A stretch of DNA of 63,799 bases, filler included, from Nemertoderma westbladi (taxonomy: Eukaryota; Animalia; Xenacoelomorpha), in NCBI GenBank assembly GCA_032718475.1. It is 3 parts of 3 records of this genome, joined end to end, with 100 filler letters (N's around TTAATTAATTAA, not from the genome) between each part and the next. Parts side by side here need not be neighbours in the genome. Positions count along the whole stretch, not along the records: positions 49,340 to 63,799 come from JAUCBJ010004469.1; 2 more parts are not named here. One strand, given 5' to 3'. A model generated the notes under the pieces. That model made no database searches. It saw nothing but the letters and a program-made list of their open reading frames with translations, and was not told where the DNA came from. Numbering within the stretch: the first letter of the stretch is position 1; each line of letters starts with the position of its first letter. A program made the translations under genes and the position numbers. Shown in pieces: positions 62,291 through 63,799 of this stretch.

Positions 62291-63045
62291 TTTTTATTAA
62301 TGACTTACCCAAAGCAACAAACTTACTTAGTAAACTTTTCGCTGACGACACAACCCTACTCAAATCACATCATGATATCCACTCATTAATATCAACAAAC
62401 AGCGAATTAACTAAAATCTACGACTGGTTACGTGACAATAAACTATTACTAAACCTGAAGAAAACTGAGTACACCATATTTACTAACCTTCCTATTCCTA
62501 CTACCACCGATAACAACAGATTACAACTTAAAATTAACAACACCGATATCAAACAGACAGACAACACAAAATTACTTGGCATTTGGATAGATTCAAAACT
62601 CAAGTGGAAAACCCATATAAATCAGGTACTCAAAAAATTTCTAAATCCAGCGGTATTTTCTATAAATTTAGGCACATATTTCCTCTACATATACTCAGAT
62701 CCCTCTACTTTTCACTGATCCATCCCTACGTTAATTATGAGATCCTGGTATGGGGTAGCAGTATTCCGCAGTATAGCAGTATTCCACCACACTGAAACCG
62801 CTACGTACCAAAATCAACAAACTGTTACGCTGTATTACATTCTCACACTGCAGATCATCCTCAATTCCCATTTACAAACAATTAAATATTTTACCACTTA
62901 ACAAACTCTATGAACTATCAGTTTGCACCTTCATGTACGATATTTATTCGAAAACCATAAGCCCAAATTCAACCCTCGGTAAACTATTCCCAAAACGTTC
63001 TTCAGTCCACAACTACCCTACCCGCAGCGCCTCCCATGGCAACTT
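62290..63045 (+). pseudogene. L2/CR1-type LINE RT C-terminal fragment
   Basis: INDLP..LFADDT, NKLLLNLKKTEY, LRSLYFSLIHPYVNY..VWG. Confidence 0.75.
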
Positions 63046-63059
63046 CTCAATACCACTAT

Positions 63060-63283
63060 GTCCCGGACAATTTGGTCCTAGGACAATTCGGTTCTAGGAC
63101 AATTCGGTCCCGGACAATTCGGTCCCATTTATGTAGTGTTTTGGGATCGAATTGTCCGGGACCGAATTGTCCGGGACCGAATTGTCCGGGACCGAATTGT
63201 CCGGGACCGAATTGTCCGGGACCGAATTGTCCAGGACCGAATTGTCCGGACCGAATTGTCCGGGACCGAATTGTCCTACATCC
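63060..63283. repeat. Small MITE-like element of inverted 15-bp GGACCGAATTGTCCG arrays
   Basis: GGACAATTCGGTCC units at 63065-63126, opposed by GGACCGAATTGTCC units at 63143-63276. Confidence 0.7.
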
Positions 63284-63642
63284 ATCTATTTTATTTTAAG
63301 AAATTTTCAAAATTTTATTTTTTATATCTATTTAAATATTCAATATGGTTAAATGTTTCAATACTTTAGATATTTGACTGCGATAGATAATAACGTTCTG
63401 AATTTCGACATTGTATCGTCCTTCCCGTAGCAAATTACTATATTTATTTCCAGTAACCGTGAATTATCTTGAATTTACAGTATTACAATATTTACTATAT
63501 TTTTCTGTATCTTATCTGTTAATTTTATTTCTTTGCTAAAATTCGGATGTCAATTATAATTTACCCCGCTTGGGGTTGTATCTACATTAAAATAATATTT
63601 ATTATTGATTGATTTGATATATTGTTTTAATATTTATTGTAG

Positions 63643-63799
63643 TTCGCGAAGACAACGGTTCCGATTCGGAAGACGACCGAGTTGACTTCACAGTAAACCG
63701 CGGAGATGGCGTGGCTAATCGAGCCCAGATGGCTGAGGCCATGGAGTTGGCAGACAATGAGGACGAAAGTCACCAGGCGGAACTGAGACGATGGGAAAG
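63643..63799 (+). CDS. PAXBP1: PAXBP1/GCFC-like gene, next exon (runs off the window)
   Basis: TGTAG| gives RL-VREDNGSDSEDDRVDF...ELRRWE, resembling PAXBP1 RLVREDENDASDDED...ELSRWE. Confidence 0.85.

Overview
Eukaryotic, probably invertebrate animal, repeat-rich genomic DNA. It consists of three contigs joined by artificial N-TTAATTAATTAA-N linkers (22249-22348, 49240-49339). Host genes: an intronless HNMT-like SAM methyltransferase, a spliced Bak-like Bcl-2 family gene (3 exons seen), intronless XPC and GMDS, and three exons of a PAXBP1/GCFC-like gene. Mobile elements: a full-length BEL/Pao LTR element (paired LTRs, TTAAT target duplication) in Bak intron 2; a second, RT-deleted BEL/Pao element after Bak exon 3; a CRE-like RLE LINE inserted in the centre of a foldback MITE; an internally deleted piggyBac; a Penelope-like remnant with an inverted pair of hammerhead-ribozyme motifs; RTE/CR1/L2-type fragments and MITEs. 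Two signals stand out. (1) Both BEL/Pao elements carry, in the env position, a mutually homologous extra ORF resembling a WRN/EXD-type DEDDy 3'-5' exonuclease, in one case fused to three CCHC zinc knuckles. (2) Intronic minisatellites are tandem amplifications of the splice sites themselves: about 79 copies of a 33-bp unit containing the PAXBP1 5' donor, and about 8 copies of the Bak 3' acceptor. All family assignments are by motif recognition, not database search.
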